Below, piece by piece: positions 55,531 through 64,000 of a stretch of 64,000 bases of DNA (its first letter is position 1; every line of letters begins with the position of its first letter). The translations under genes and the position numbers were made by a program. The DNA comes from Candidatus Thorarchaeota archaeon. GTDB lineage: Archaea; Asgardarchaeota; Thorarchaeia; Thorarchaeales; Thorarchaeaceae. The stretch covers positions 32,001-96,000 of the forward strand of contig JAGSHN010000012.1 in NCBI GenBank assembly GCA_029855935.1. Direction: 5' to 3'. Under the pieces are notes generated by a model. It was not told the origin of the DNA, searched no databases, and was given only the letters and a program-made list of their open reading frames with translations.

Positions 55531-56772
55531 CTAGTCGAACTGACCCTTCTGGCGGTACGGGAGGTACTCCTTGCCGAAGATCTCCCTACCCATCACTATC
55601 TTCATTATGTGCGCGCCGCCCTCGGCACCGATGGTGTAGGAGCGGACGCCCCTGTACGAGGCCTCAAGCGGACACTCCTTCGTGTAGCCAAAGGCGCCGT
55701 GCCACGTCATCGCGCGGGTGATGATGTCCAGAGCGTCGTGCGGTGCTCTGTACTTCGCCGCCGCGGTGAACTTTGCGACATCCAGAGCAGTGTAGTTGGG
55801 ATCCTTCTCGCGGTACACCTTGTCCATCAACCAGGCAGACTTGTAGGTCAGGCCTCTGTCTGCCTCGAGTGCCATCCACGAGTCAACGGCCTCGAACATG
55901 ATTCCCTCGAATGCCGCCAGCGGTCGACCGAACTGCTTGCGCTGCTTGACGTACTCGACACCGATGTCGAAGGCACCCTCGGCTGCACCAAGGCAGGTTG
56001 CCGCTATGAGACACCTTGCGGCCGAGAATCCCATCATAGCGTAGTAAAAGCCTCGACCGCGCTCCCCGATGATGTAGTGCTTGGGAATCTCGACATCCTC
56101 TATGTTGAAACCGCCGGTGGAAACGCCCATTCTACCCATGTCCTCGAAGAGGGTGGTTGTGATCCCGGGATGGAGGCCATCGCCCAGGTTGAGTGGGAGG
56201 ATGAATGCGGTGAAGGCCTTGTGGTCGCCCTTCGGGTCCTCCTTCGCGAGGGTGAAGTAGACACCGCCGTACTTCTCGGACTCCCTGACGCCGCTGATGT
56301 AGACCTTCTCGCCGTTGACCACGAAGTTATCGCCCTTGGGCTTGATGATTGTCTTGGTGGAGTTGACAAGGTCGGAGCCGCCAGTGGGTTCTGTTGTGGC
56401 GATTCCGAAGAACAGGTCCCCCTTGGTCACACGCGGGAGGATCTCGCTCTTCGCCTCGTGCGTACCGTACATGTCGAATATTGCCGCCCAAGATGCCTCA
56501 ACAAGGTACATCACGGGCAATGCGATGGAGAGGTCCGCACGCGCCAGTTCCTCTGCCGCGATGCAGGCCATCACCCACGAGAGACCAGCACCACCGTACT
56601 CCTCGGAGACAGTCGGCGCCCACAGCTGCATCTCGGCCATCTTCTTGATCAGGTCGCGTGGGATCTCGTGATTCCTGTCGTAATCCTGCCAGACTGGAGC
56701 GACATACCTCTGAGCGAAGTCGCGAACGGCCTCGCGGAACATTCGCTCCTCATCAGACTCTTCGAAGTTCAT
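55531..56772 (-). CDS. Acyl-CoA dehydrogenase
   Basis: EEYGGAG, TEPTGGSD, NGEKVYIS, RKQFGRPL, HGAFGY. Confidence 0.95.
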   Translation of the reverse strand: MNFEESDEERMFREAVRDFAQRYVAPVWQDYDRNHEIPRDLIKKMAEMQLWAPTVSEEYGGAGLSWVMACIAAEELARADLSIALPVMYLVEASWAAIFDMYGTHEAKSEILPRVTKGDLFFGIATTEPTGGSDLVNSTKTIIKPKGDNFVVNGEKVYISGVRESEKYGGVYFTLAKEDPKGDHKAFTAFILPLNLGDGLHPGITTTLFEDMGRMGVSTGGFNIEDVEIPKHYIIGERGRGFYYAMMGFSAARCLIAATCLGAAEGAFDIGVEYVKQRKQFGRPLAAFEGIMFEAVDSWMALEADRGLTYKSAWLMDKVYREKDPNYTALDVAKFTAAAKYRAPHDALDIITRAMTWHGAFGYTKECPLEASYRGVRSYTIGAEGGAHIMKIVMGREIFGKEYLPYRQKGQFD

Positions 56773-56951
56773 CTCAAACTACCTCGTTCTTCTCGGGTTC
56801 CGTTGTCGGTTGACTGGCCGGCCTGAATCTTGGGTCACTTATAGATATTCCCAAAGCCGACCGTTGGAGGTAGCTCTCTGTCGGACAGGACAGACGCGGC
56901 CGGGACACTTGCTGTTCAAGATAGGTGCGCGTCAGTCACTCCTCTGAGTCA

Positions 56952-59483
56952 TCACTCGATTCTGCGCTTTGTCTCTTGGACCAAGTCCATGTGACGGAAT
57001 CCTCTGACGACAATCCACTGTACAACAATCGACGCAACGAAGACTGCGAGGACTGAGAGGATCATTGTCTGGGCGTAGATGCCCACGAGGAACTCGAAGA
57101 AGTCGTTGTTGAACGCGTTTGCCAGCTCGTTCAGGGCCGCGTGACTGAGCGGCACACCAAGTGCCAGACCCACCGTGGTGACGACCAGATTCTCCACAAG
57201 GAACAACCGCTCGATGAGAGATGGCGAGGCTCCCATCATCATCGCCGTTGCGACCTCTCGTCTGCGTTCGAGGACGTTGATGACCGCAGTGGTCAGGACC
57301 ACCGAGCCGGACAGCGCCAATGACAGCCCTATCAGAATATCGAGAAACAGCCTGAGTTCATCCATATACCGGGACATGTCGTCGGCAGCCTCTGCTGGCG
57401 AGATAGCAGAGCGTACTCCAGCAATATGTCTGAACACCCTCTGTCGAACAACAGAGGTGTCTTCCGGGCTGCGGGCCTTGATGTATATCGTGTTGGCGCC
57501 GATCTGTGCCTGACCCACCAGACCGCGGGCCACCGCATAGCTCATCCAGCAGACTAGGGTGGTACTCTCCACGGTCACTCCCGTTACGAGAACACTGGAG
57601 TTGGCCATCGTGAACGTGTACCTGAGAGGATAGAATGATGTCACATTGAATCTTGGATGAAGAACGTTGATGTAGTCACCCTTACCAATGCCGAGCCGCT
57701 TGGCAGTACCGCGAGTGATGACGATTCCACTATCGTTGAACGCCCCATCTGGACTGAGGAATTGAAACTGATGCACAGAGTCTTCAGGGTCCTGCACCCT
57801 TAGCTGGAGAATCACCCTGCTGTCAGACTGGTTCACAGTTAGAACAGTCGAGAACGTGATTCCTGCGTAGGCGGTCTTGACCTCTGGCCAGGACTCTATC
57901 ACTTCAAGGTCATGGTCGATGGCAAAGGGGTCTTTGAAGTCCGTGTACTGAACCTGAAGGTCCCAACCCTCTCTCACCCTCATTGCCTCCAGTGTGATTG
58001 CGAATGAGTCGTTTACGCCAGCAGTGGATGCCACAAGCACGAGCCCTATCATTATGCCACCAATGGTCGAGATTGTTCTGCGCCTGTTTCGAAACAGATT
58101 CCGTAAGACAATCTTGTTTCGCGTCCTCGGCTCCGAGCCTGTGAGACGTTTCATCATCCTCTCCACGAGCGGCTTGCGCCCCATCGTCACTGCTGCCGGG
58201 TCATCCCGCATCGCCTCGGTAGGAGTCATTCTCACGCATCTTCGCGCAGGTACCAGGCTGCCCACGACAACAGCGGCGATACCCAGTATCATGCTCGCCA
58301 GATCTATCTCGGGGTAGAACCCGTAGTAGCGGAAGGGGACGACCATCATGCTCAGATACGTGTCTGTGAACCAGTGACCAATGGCCTCGCCCACGACCAC
58401 ACCTGCCATTCCTCCCACAACTCCTATGACTAGGCCATAGGCGAGATACTTCCGCATTACGTCGCCACTGCCGTAGCCCAAGGCCAGTGCCACACCCACC
58501 TCCTGTCGCTGGGCATTGACCAGTCTTGACATCGTGATATACGTGCCGAGAGCAGCGAAGAGCAGAATGAATGTGGGAAAGATCGAGACCATCTCCGCAA
58601 TCCCATCGAGGTCGAGCTTGAGTCCGGCATAGGAAGGTTCGTCCTCTCTGGGCGTGGGTGGCATCACGTTGTATCCGCGGTCTACAAGGACTGCCCTCAG
58701 TGCCTCCATCGTACGATCCCTGACATCACGTGTTGTGCCGGGTCGCATTGTTACACAGATGTCGTTGGCCGCATCTTGGCTCTCTCCGAGGAGGTGCTGC
58801 ATACTGCTCAGAGGCACATAGAGCAGACCGAACCTCCGTGGCGAGGGCATCAAGTCCTGCCATGAGGCAGCGATCCAGAGATACTCCGCAGTGCCGGCAT
58901 CACCAAGGATGTGAACATCTGTTGAGTCGTTCACGTTCCCGCTGGCAAGGAGGTTGAGATGCGAGCCCGGAGTGAGACCATGATAACTGGCAAGCCGTGC
59001 ATCTACTATCCCCACATACTCATTGTCCGGTCGTGAGGCATTCCAGTTGTCATCGGCAAACCATCTCCCCTCCATAAGCTGAATGTCATTCACAGTCGGG
59101 TGCCGCCCCCCTGTCACATTGATGCCGATGACGCGGACCCCTATCAGGTTCAGCTGCCCTGAGTTGTTCTCGAGCGCTGTCATCTCGCTGACAATCCTGC
59201 ACTCAAAGGAGTCGATCGGGTACGTCTCCTGCAGTGTCGAGATGATGTCAGTGACATTGGCTATGGAGAACATCTCAGTTGAGAGGACGGTACTTATCCT
59301 GAAGTCAGCGAGATGCAGACGGTCGTACGTCAGACTGTAGGTGTTCTCCAAGTTGAGGTAGGCGGGATAGAATCCGGAGAGTGCAGCTGTACCAAGCGCG
59401 ACCATGATTGCCACTCCCGTGAACTGCAGCCTGTGGGTTGCAATATCGCGTCGGACAGAGCGGTACAGGGCACGTCTTGTCAA
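56952..59483 (-). CDS. FtsX/MacB-like ABC permease with two permease domains
   Basis: QRQEVGVALALGY and ERRREVATAMMMGAS; two large extracytoplasmic domains. Confidence 0.9.
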   Translation of the reverse strand: MTRRALYRSVRRDIATHRLQFTGVAIMVALGTAALSGFYPAYLNLENTYSLTYDRLHLADFRISTVLSTEMFSIANVTDIISTLQETYPIDSFECRIVSEMTALENNSGQLNLIGVRVIGINVTGGRHPTVNDIQLMEGRWFADDNWNASRPDNEYVGIVDARLASYHGLTPGSHLNLLASGNVNDSTDVHILGDAGTAEYLWIAASWQDLMPSPRRFGLLYVPLSSMQHLLGESQDAANDICVTMRPGTTRDVRDRTMEALRAVLVDRGYNVMPPTPREDEPSYAGLKLDLDGIAEMVSIFPTFILLFAALGTYITMSRLVNAQRQEVGVALALGYGSGDVMRKYLAYGLVIGVVGGMAGVVVGEAIGHWFTDTYLSMMVVPFRYYGFYPEIDLASMILGIAAVVVGSLVPARRCVRMTPTEAMRDDPAAVTMGRKPLVERMMKRLTGSEPRTRNKIVLRNLFRNRRRTISTIGGIMIGLVLVASTAGVNDSFAITLEAMRVREGWDLQVQYTDFKDPFAIDHDLEVIESWPEVKTAYAGITFSTVLTVNQSDSRVILQLRVQDPEDSVHQFQFLSPDGAFNDSGIVITRGTAKRLGIGKGDYINVLHPRFNVTSFYPLRYTFTMANSSVLVTGVTVESTTLVCWMSYAVARGLVGQAQIGANTIYIKARSPEDTSVVRQRVFRHIAGVRSAISPAEAADDMSRYMDELRLFLDILIGLSLALSGSVVLTTAVINVLERRREVATAMMMGASPSLIERLFLVENLVVTTVGLALGVPLSHAALNELANAFNNDFFEFLVGIYAQTMILSVLAVFVASIVVQWIVVRGFRHMDLVQETKRRIE

Positions 59484-59486
59484 GTC

Positions 59487-60236
59487 TCACCACCTCAGCT
59501 CTCTGGCCCTCTTCTGTTGCGTGTTGCTCCGCACTTCTCCCACACGACCATCCCGCAGCTCCACAATCACGTCCGCTATCTTTGCAATCTCGCGATTGTG
59601 TGTCACAACCACGACAGTCTTGTGCTCCTCTTCTCTGACCCTGAAGAGTTCGGTCAGCACCTCAACTCCCGTCCTGTAGTCGAGGGCGCCTGTGGGCTCG
59701 TCGGCAACGATGAGAGCAGGGTCTTTGGCCAGAGCTCGGGCAATAGAGACCCTCTGCTGTTCACCTCCAGACAGTTCTGCAGGAAAGTGGTCAGCTCGCT
59801 CCTCCAGGCCCACCTTTATCAGCAGACGCAGAGCGTGCGACCTGATTGCCTGCTTGCTGAAGTCTCTTCGACCGTCTGTTGTGGAAACACCGACCAGTTC
59901 GAGCGCAAACTCGACGTTCTCCAGTGCGGTGAGAGTTGGAATCAGGTTGAAGAACTGAAAGACGAAGCCGATGTTCGTCCTGCGGTGTTCCGTCAGGCCG
60001 GTGAGATCGGTGGGGAGCTCTCTCCCATCGAACAATATTGTCCCTGATGTGGGAGTATCCACTCCTCCTATCAGATTGAGCAGCGTGGTCTTGCCTGAGC
60101 CTGATGGTCCAAGGATGACGACGAATCGCTCGCGCTCAATGTCCAAGTCTACGCCGCTGAGCGCATAGACCTCGACAGTGCCCATCTGATAGACCTTTGT
60201 CACTCCTCTGATACTGACCAGCGGATCACTACTCAT
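59487..60236 (-). CDS. LolD/MacB-type ABC ATP-binding protein
   Basis: [35 protein letters not shown]. Confidence 0.95.
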   Translation of the reverse strand: MSSDPLVSIRGVTKVYQMGTVEVYALSGVDLDIERERFVVILGPSGSGKTTLLNLIGGVDTPTSGTILFDGRELPTDLTGLTEHRRTNIGFVFQFFNLIPTLTALENVEFALELVGVSTTDGRRDFSKQAIRSHALRLLIKVGLEERADHFPAELSGGEQQRVSIARALAKDPALIVADEPTGALDYRTGVEVLTELFRVREEEHKTVVVVTHNREIAKIADVIVELRDGRVGEVRSNTQQKRARELRW

Positions 60237-60330
60237 ACTGCGGCCTCAACTCTCTCCTGATGCATCGCGGAGAGAAAAACATTGAGAGTGCATCCTGGCC
60301 AGTTGCAATTACGTCGTGTTCTGTCCCATC

Positions 60331-60747
60331 TCACCCAGTGACGATGACCCTGATGTCACACTCTCTGTCTATCGTCCCACGAAACAGGTATCTGATGTGA
60401 ATTGTGGCCTCACCAGTGCCAGTTGCTCTGAAGATCCACCTCACTCTCTCCTCATCAGCCCCAGTGATACCGGGCATCTCCATCCGCTCCGGATGAAGGT
60501 ACTCCGCCTCCTCACGTTGGAACTCCACACACTGGCCGTCGATGGTGAACTCAGCATCCTCTCCAACCGACCCGTGGCGCATATACTCAAAGCAAAAACT
60601 CTCTCCAGCTGCGACTCTGATACTGCCCTCCTCGCATGTCACGCGTCTGATGTCACCGTGTGGCGGTCTCAAGCCTCTCACTCCGTCATTGGTCTGGTGC
60701 AGTGGTCTTGAGATAGACCGCCGCCACTCAATACCTTTGTGATGCAA
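60331..60747 (-). CDS. Possible chagasin-like (I42) protease-inhibitor-fold protein
   Basis: I.V..GE.F...; PG..GA.....W.F.A...GEA.I...Y pattern; start uncertain. Confidence 0.5.
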   Translation of the reverse strand: MHHKGIEWRRSISRPLHQTNDGVRGLRPPHGDIRRVTCEEGSIRVAAGESFCFEYMRHGSVGEDAEFTIDGQCVEFQREEAEYLHPERMEMPGITGADEERVRWIFRATGTGEATIHIRYLFRGTIDRECDIRVIVTG

Positions 60748-60783
60748 TCTCTCTCACGTGTTGGGGTACGTGCCACCTGACCA

Positions 60784-61629
60784 TCAGTACAGGTCTGAGG
60801 CTTTGATCGGTTCATCTCTTGATAGGCCTCTCGGTCCATAGACAAGTACCAGTATCGTGGCAACAACGAAGACCAGCGGAATCAAGTACAGAGCGCTCAC
60901 AATCGGCAGGGCCTGTAGAACGGTCATCGCTCCGAGCGCATTCTGGGTGGCGTGAAACACCGTCACAACGAACAGATTCCCGTTCGACGAGTTGAACATC
61001 CACACGTAGACAATCGACGCGATGATGTTACCAATGAGGATAATCCAGAACGAGCCATAGATTCGGAGCATTCCACTGTCCTTGACCAGAAAGTGAGGGA
61101 CGTGCCACGCTGCCCAGATGACACCCAGAATGATGCCCGACACCAAGGCATTGTATCTCTCCTGCAGTACAGGTAGGGCGTATCCCCGCCAGCCAATCTC
61201 CTCCCACACGTTCATGACAAAGGCCTGAATGAACATCACCAGCAACAGGAGGGGATCTGGAGGTAAGATTGTCCCCGTCCCCTGGACAACGACCTGTAGC
61301 CACATCCCGGCATAGAACAGTGCCAGCTGGAGGACAAAGGCAACTAGAAGCCACCACAATGGAAACTTTCTCTTGAATAGGTCGAACAGCCCTCGTGTCC
61401 CCTCTACTCCACGGTGACGACGCAGCACGACAATCGCAGCCACTGTGGGTGAGAATCCTCCCATGATGAGGAACGGGACCACCGTGTCACTGGGAAAGAG
61501 ACCGTAGGACGACAGCACCCATGGTAGAAACCCGAGGTAGCCGATGACTAGCACAAGTACTGCATATTCAACTAACCCCAAAGGGGCAGTCCCCTCGTCC
61601 CTCTCTGTAGAGTGTTCTGTGACCGCCAT
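60784..61629 (-). CDS. CPBP (Abi/Rce1-like) intramembrane metalloprotease
   Basis: EEIGWRGY, WAAWHVP, FHATQN. Confidence 0.92.
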   Translation of the reverse strand: MAVTEHSTERDEGTAPLGLVEYAVLVLVIGYLGFLPWVLSSYGLFPSDTVVPFLIMGGFSPTVAAIVVLRRHRGVEGTRGLFDLFKRKFPLWWLLVAFVLQLALFYAGMWLQVVVQGTGTILPPDPLLLLVMFIQAFVMNVWEEIGWRGYALPVLQERYNALVSGIILGVIWAAWHVPHFLVKDSGMLRIYGSFWIILIGNIIASIVYVWMFNSSNGNLFVVTVFHATQNALGAMTVLQALPIVSALYLIPLVFVVATILVLVYGPRGLSRDEPIKASDLY

Positions 61630-61753
61630 TTTGTGCTGTCTTGCAGCCCCGCAATAAAAAAAAAACATTCTCGACCGAGGTGGCACCAGCCACAGAGCAA
61701 CAATCGCTGTGACAGGTCCTATGTGATCACACATGACTGTCTGGTCACGAGCC

Positions 61754-62494
61754 CTACCCGGTCAGTCTCAGAAGATCCGCGATGTGGTCAATGATGATGA
61801 CCGATGGATCTAATTCCTGCGGACTGACATCCGACTCGCACCACGTTATTAGCACTGGTTGCATCCCAGCTCGTTGTGCGGCCACCACGTCGTCATCCAC
61901 GCGATTGCCGACGTAGAGGCACTTGGAGGGGATCACACCAATCTTGTTGGCCACCTTGTTCAGGAGGAATGGCGAGGGCTTTCTGAGGCCCGGCACATTG
62001 GAGTACTCGATGGCGTCGAAGAGGTGGAGTATTCCGTCGTTCCTCAGCATTCTTGCTGGATCAGTGAAACGGTTTGATGCAATGCCCAGTTTCAGGCCTC
62101 TTCTCCGCAGCTCAATGAGAGTCTCGTGACAGCCATCTATGAGACTGGGTCGTTGTCGAGCGAGAAGATCGTCCCACTTAGCCTGATACTCTCGTGCCAG
62201 CCTATCGAGGTTCTCCGTGACTCCGAGGGCCATGAGAAACCGCTTGTCGTATTCGAGCCAGATGTCGTCTGTCGGTCGCCAGTGCTGTCCGACTTGATTG
62301 TCCACCATGTACTTGTCCAGCCACTGGCCTGCCGACTGCATCAATATGGCGACGAGCTCGTCGTAGCTGCGCCCCTCGTGAGTTGTGATGCCGAGCTCTG
62401 TGAGGAAATCGACACGCAGGTCGTGCGCTGGTCTGTAGAGTGTCCCACCAAGGTCAAAGATGATCGCCTTCACAGATGCGTGTTTCTGTGGCAT
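61754..62494 (-). CDS. HAD-superfamily hydrolase
   Basis: IIFDLGGTL, IASN, KPSP, YVGNRVDDDV. Confidence 0.9.
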   Translation of the reverse strand: MPQKHASVKAIIFDLGGTLYRPAHDLRVDFLTELGITTHEGRSYDELVAILMQSAGQWLDKYMVDNQVGQHWRPTDDIWLEYDKRFLMALGVTENLDRLAREYQAKWDDLLARQRPSLIDGCHETLIELRRRGLKLGIASNRFTDPARMLRNDGILHLFDAIEYSNVPGLRKPSPFLLNKVANKIGVIPSKCLYVGNRVDDDVVAAQRAGMQPVLITWCESDVSPQELDPSVIIIDHIADLLRLTG

Positions 62495-62565
62495 GACAAG
62501 GCTCCTGTGACGTTACTACAACTCAACTCTTTTTAGTACTACCCGGCTCTCCTCACCTGTTTCAC

Positions 62566-63723
62566 ATGCCCCCCACCGAGGACCTGTTGAAGTCAGTCGA
62601 GGAGCACCTTGAGGCTCACCCCAACGATGCTGCTGCTTGGAATGTGAGGGGCGTTCTTCTCGCTCAGATGAAACGTTTTGGCGAGGCGCTGCGCGCACTC
62701 GATCAGGCTGTCCGGCTCGACCCACAGCTGCGTGATGCGCACGTAAACCGTGGCAGGGTTCTTCTCGCTCTTGGTCCCAAGAGGGCCGAGGAGGCGCTGC
62801 GGTCCTTTGACCGGGCCTTGGCCATCGCACCCGAGGATGTCGAGGTTCTTCGTGACAAGGCAATGGCACTGAGGATGCTCGGCCGGTCGGCTGATGAGCT
62901 TGGATGTCTGCATCGGATGGCTGAGCACAACCCGGATGACAAGGGACTGTGGCTGCGTATTGGTGATCTCCATCTTGAGCTGGGGGAGTTTGCGGAGGGC
63001 GTGAAGAGTTATGACCGGGCGCTGGAGCTCGACCCAGAGCTGGTGCCCGCACTGATTCATCGTGCCATAGCACTCTCGCTCTCCAAACAGTGGTCGAGGG
63101 CTGTCAAGTCGGCAGAGCGGGCAACAAAGATTGCTCCTGATAATCCTGAGGCGTGGCTTGTCCTCGGCGATGTCAATCTGCGTGCTGAGAGGTACAAGGC
63201 AGCCACAAAGGCGTTGAAGCGTGCTGCCCAGCTTCGTCCTGAGGACCCCTCGATTGAGAACACGCTCGGTCTTGTTGCGTTCAAGTCCGGTCACTTGAAT
63301 GACGCTCTGACCCACTTCCGGCGCGCAGTTTCCCTGAAGAGGGACCACAAGTCAGCACTCAAGAATCTGGCACTCATCCATATGGAACTCGGGGAGTGGG
63401 ACCGTGCTCGGGATGCGTGGTTGCAGTTCATCAGAGTGGAGAAGAGCGATCCTCGAGCGTGGGACGCCTATGCCACCACCTGCGCGCGGCTGAACGATTT
63501 CTGTACAGCTCACGAGGCTTGGGAGCGTGCGAGGAAGATTCTCAAGCGAATGGGTGAGGACGCCGAGGCTGAGCGCATTGCAACGCTGGCTCGTGCGGCA
63601 AGAACGAACTGCTCCCGGCTCAAGAAGGCCGCTCGTGCCGAGAGAGAACGCGAGAGGGTGCGCCGCGCGCATCGTGACCCGCGTGACGCGTGGCGCAGGA
63701 TTCGCGAGAAGAAACGGAAATAG
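62566..63723 (+). CDS. TPR protein with a basic C-terminus
   Basis: Many TPR repeats (AAWNVRGVLL...ALDQAVRLDP). Confidence 0.9.
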   Translation: MPPTEDLLKSVEEHLEAHPNDAAAWNVRGVLLAQMKRFGEALRALDQAVRLDPQLRDAHVNRGRVLLALGPKRAEEALRSFDRALAIAPEDVEVLRDKAMALRMLGRSADELGCLHRMAEHNPDDKGLWLRIGDLHLELGEFAEGVKSYDRALELDPELVPALIHRAIALSLSKQWSRAVKSAERATKIAPDNPEAWLVLGDVNLRAERYKAATKALKRAAQLRPEDPSIENTLGLVAFKSGHLNDALTHFRRAVSLKRDHKSALKNLALIHMELGEWDRARDAWLQFIRVEKSDPRAWDAYATTCARLNDFCTAHEAWERARKILKRMGEDAEAERIATLARAARTNCSRLKKAARAERERERVRRAHRDPRDAWRRIREKKRK

Positions 63724-63773
63724 TTCGATGAGTGTCCTCATTCTTGGTCACGGTGCCCCGGCCACTATTGTGT

Positions 63774-64000
63774 CTATGTCACAACGCGTGGCGGAGCGAA
63801 TTGACGGAGCCTCTTGAGTGCCACCACTCTATCTCTGCGTCCAAGCTTGGCCTCCTCAAGTGCCTGTCTGAGGAACACGATGGCCTCATCGTAGTTCTTG
63901 CGAGGGACGGGGAATGGCACTCCATCCTTTCCTCCGAAGGCAAAGGTCATTCGTACGGGGTCCGACCACGACGGAGGCTCACCGTATATCATCTCCGATA
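63774..64000 (-). CDS. DUF763-family protein, C-terminal end only (gene continues beyond the window)
   Basis: E.IYGEPPSW.DP....FA.GGKDGVPFPV....YD motif. Confidence 0.8.
   Translation of the reverse strand, partial: SEMIYGEPPSWSDPVRMTFAFGGKDGVPFPVPRKNYDEAIVFLRQALEEAKLGRRDRVVALKRLRQFAPPRVVT

Noticed and set aside
55525-56826. 433-aa ORF antisense to the acyl-CoA dehydrogenase
   Set aside because: Mirror frame of a strongly codon-biased gene; no motifs and no independent start signals.
41262-61629. ICMT-like plus Rce1-like genes as a CaaX prenylation pathway
   Set aside because: The genes are about 19 kb apart, both families are widespread in prokaryotes, and no prenyltransferase is present in the window.
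61656-61665. A10 homopolymer as a phase-variation tract
   Set aside because: Intergenic once the CPBP start is set at 61629; more simply a minus-strand U-tract terminator of the HAD gene.
1-64000. CRISPR arrays, IS/integrase genes, rRNA/tRNA, and selenoproteins with in-frame TGA
   Set aside because: None seen by eye; the redox proteins (AhpC, DPSL, Ior, Etf) have ordinary Cys codons. A tRNAscan/Infernal run would be needed to exclude small RNAs.

Overview
Gene-dense, fairly GC-rich archaeal chromosomal segment, most likely from an Asgard archaeon (Thorarchaeia-like). This is inferred from archaeal uS19, IorAB, DPS-like protein and GGAGGTGA ribosome-binding sites, together with two Asgard-type profilins. 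About 55 CDS; no rRNA, tRNA, CRISPR array, integrase or transposase was recognised. Content: a MoxR operon (giant Ig-like-repeat surface protein with a DUF4129-type tail, DUF4350, MoxR, DUF58, membrane protein, DHH); transporters (OPT, 2 MFS, ClC, CPA2, 2 ABC systems); redox and oxidative-stress genes (ETF, acyl-CoA dehydrogenase, IorAB, AhpC, DPSL/PerR); several surface proteins. Best candidate for an undescribed system: a two-gene module present twice, 30 kb apart (17880-19474 and 48302-49993). Each copy is a small secreted protein with a DxDGD motif and FDPP-G tail, followed by a ~370-aa tandem Lrp/AsnC-like regulator. One copy is divergent from a subtilase that lacks a normal propeptide. 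Other highlights: a DPM2-like membrane protein beside a phosphomannomutase; a tandem GOLD-domain protein; tandem profilins separated by a possible two-state RNA structure; an unannotated 35-aa peptide gene under a double palindromic operator; an orphan VapB; a repeat insertion in an ABC ATPase. All family assignments are by eye from motifs; no database search or folding program was run.
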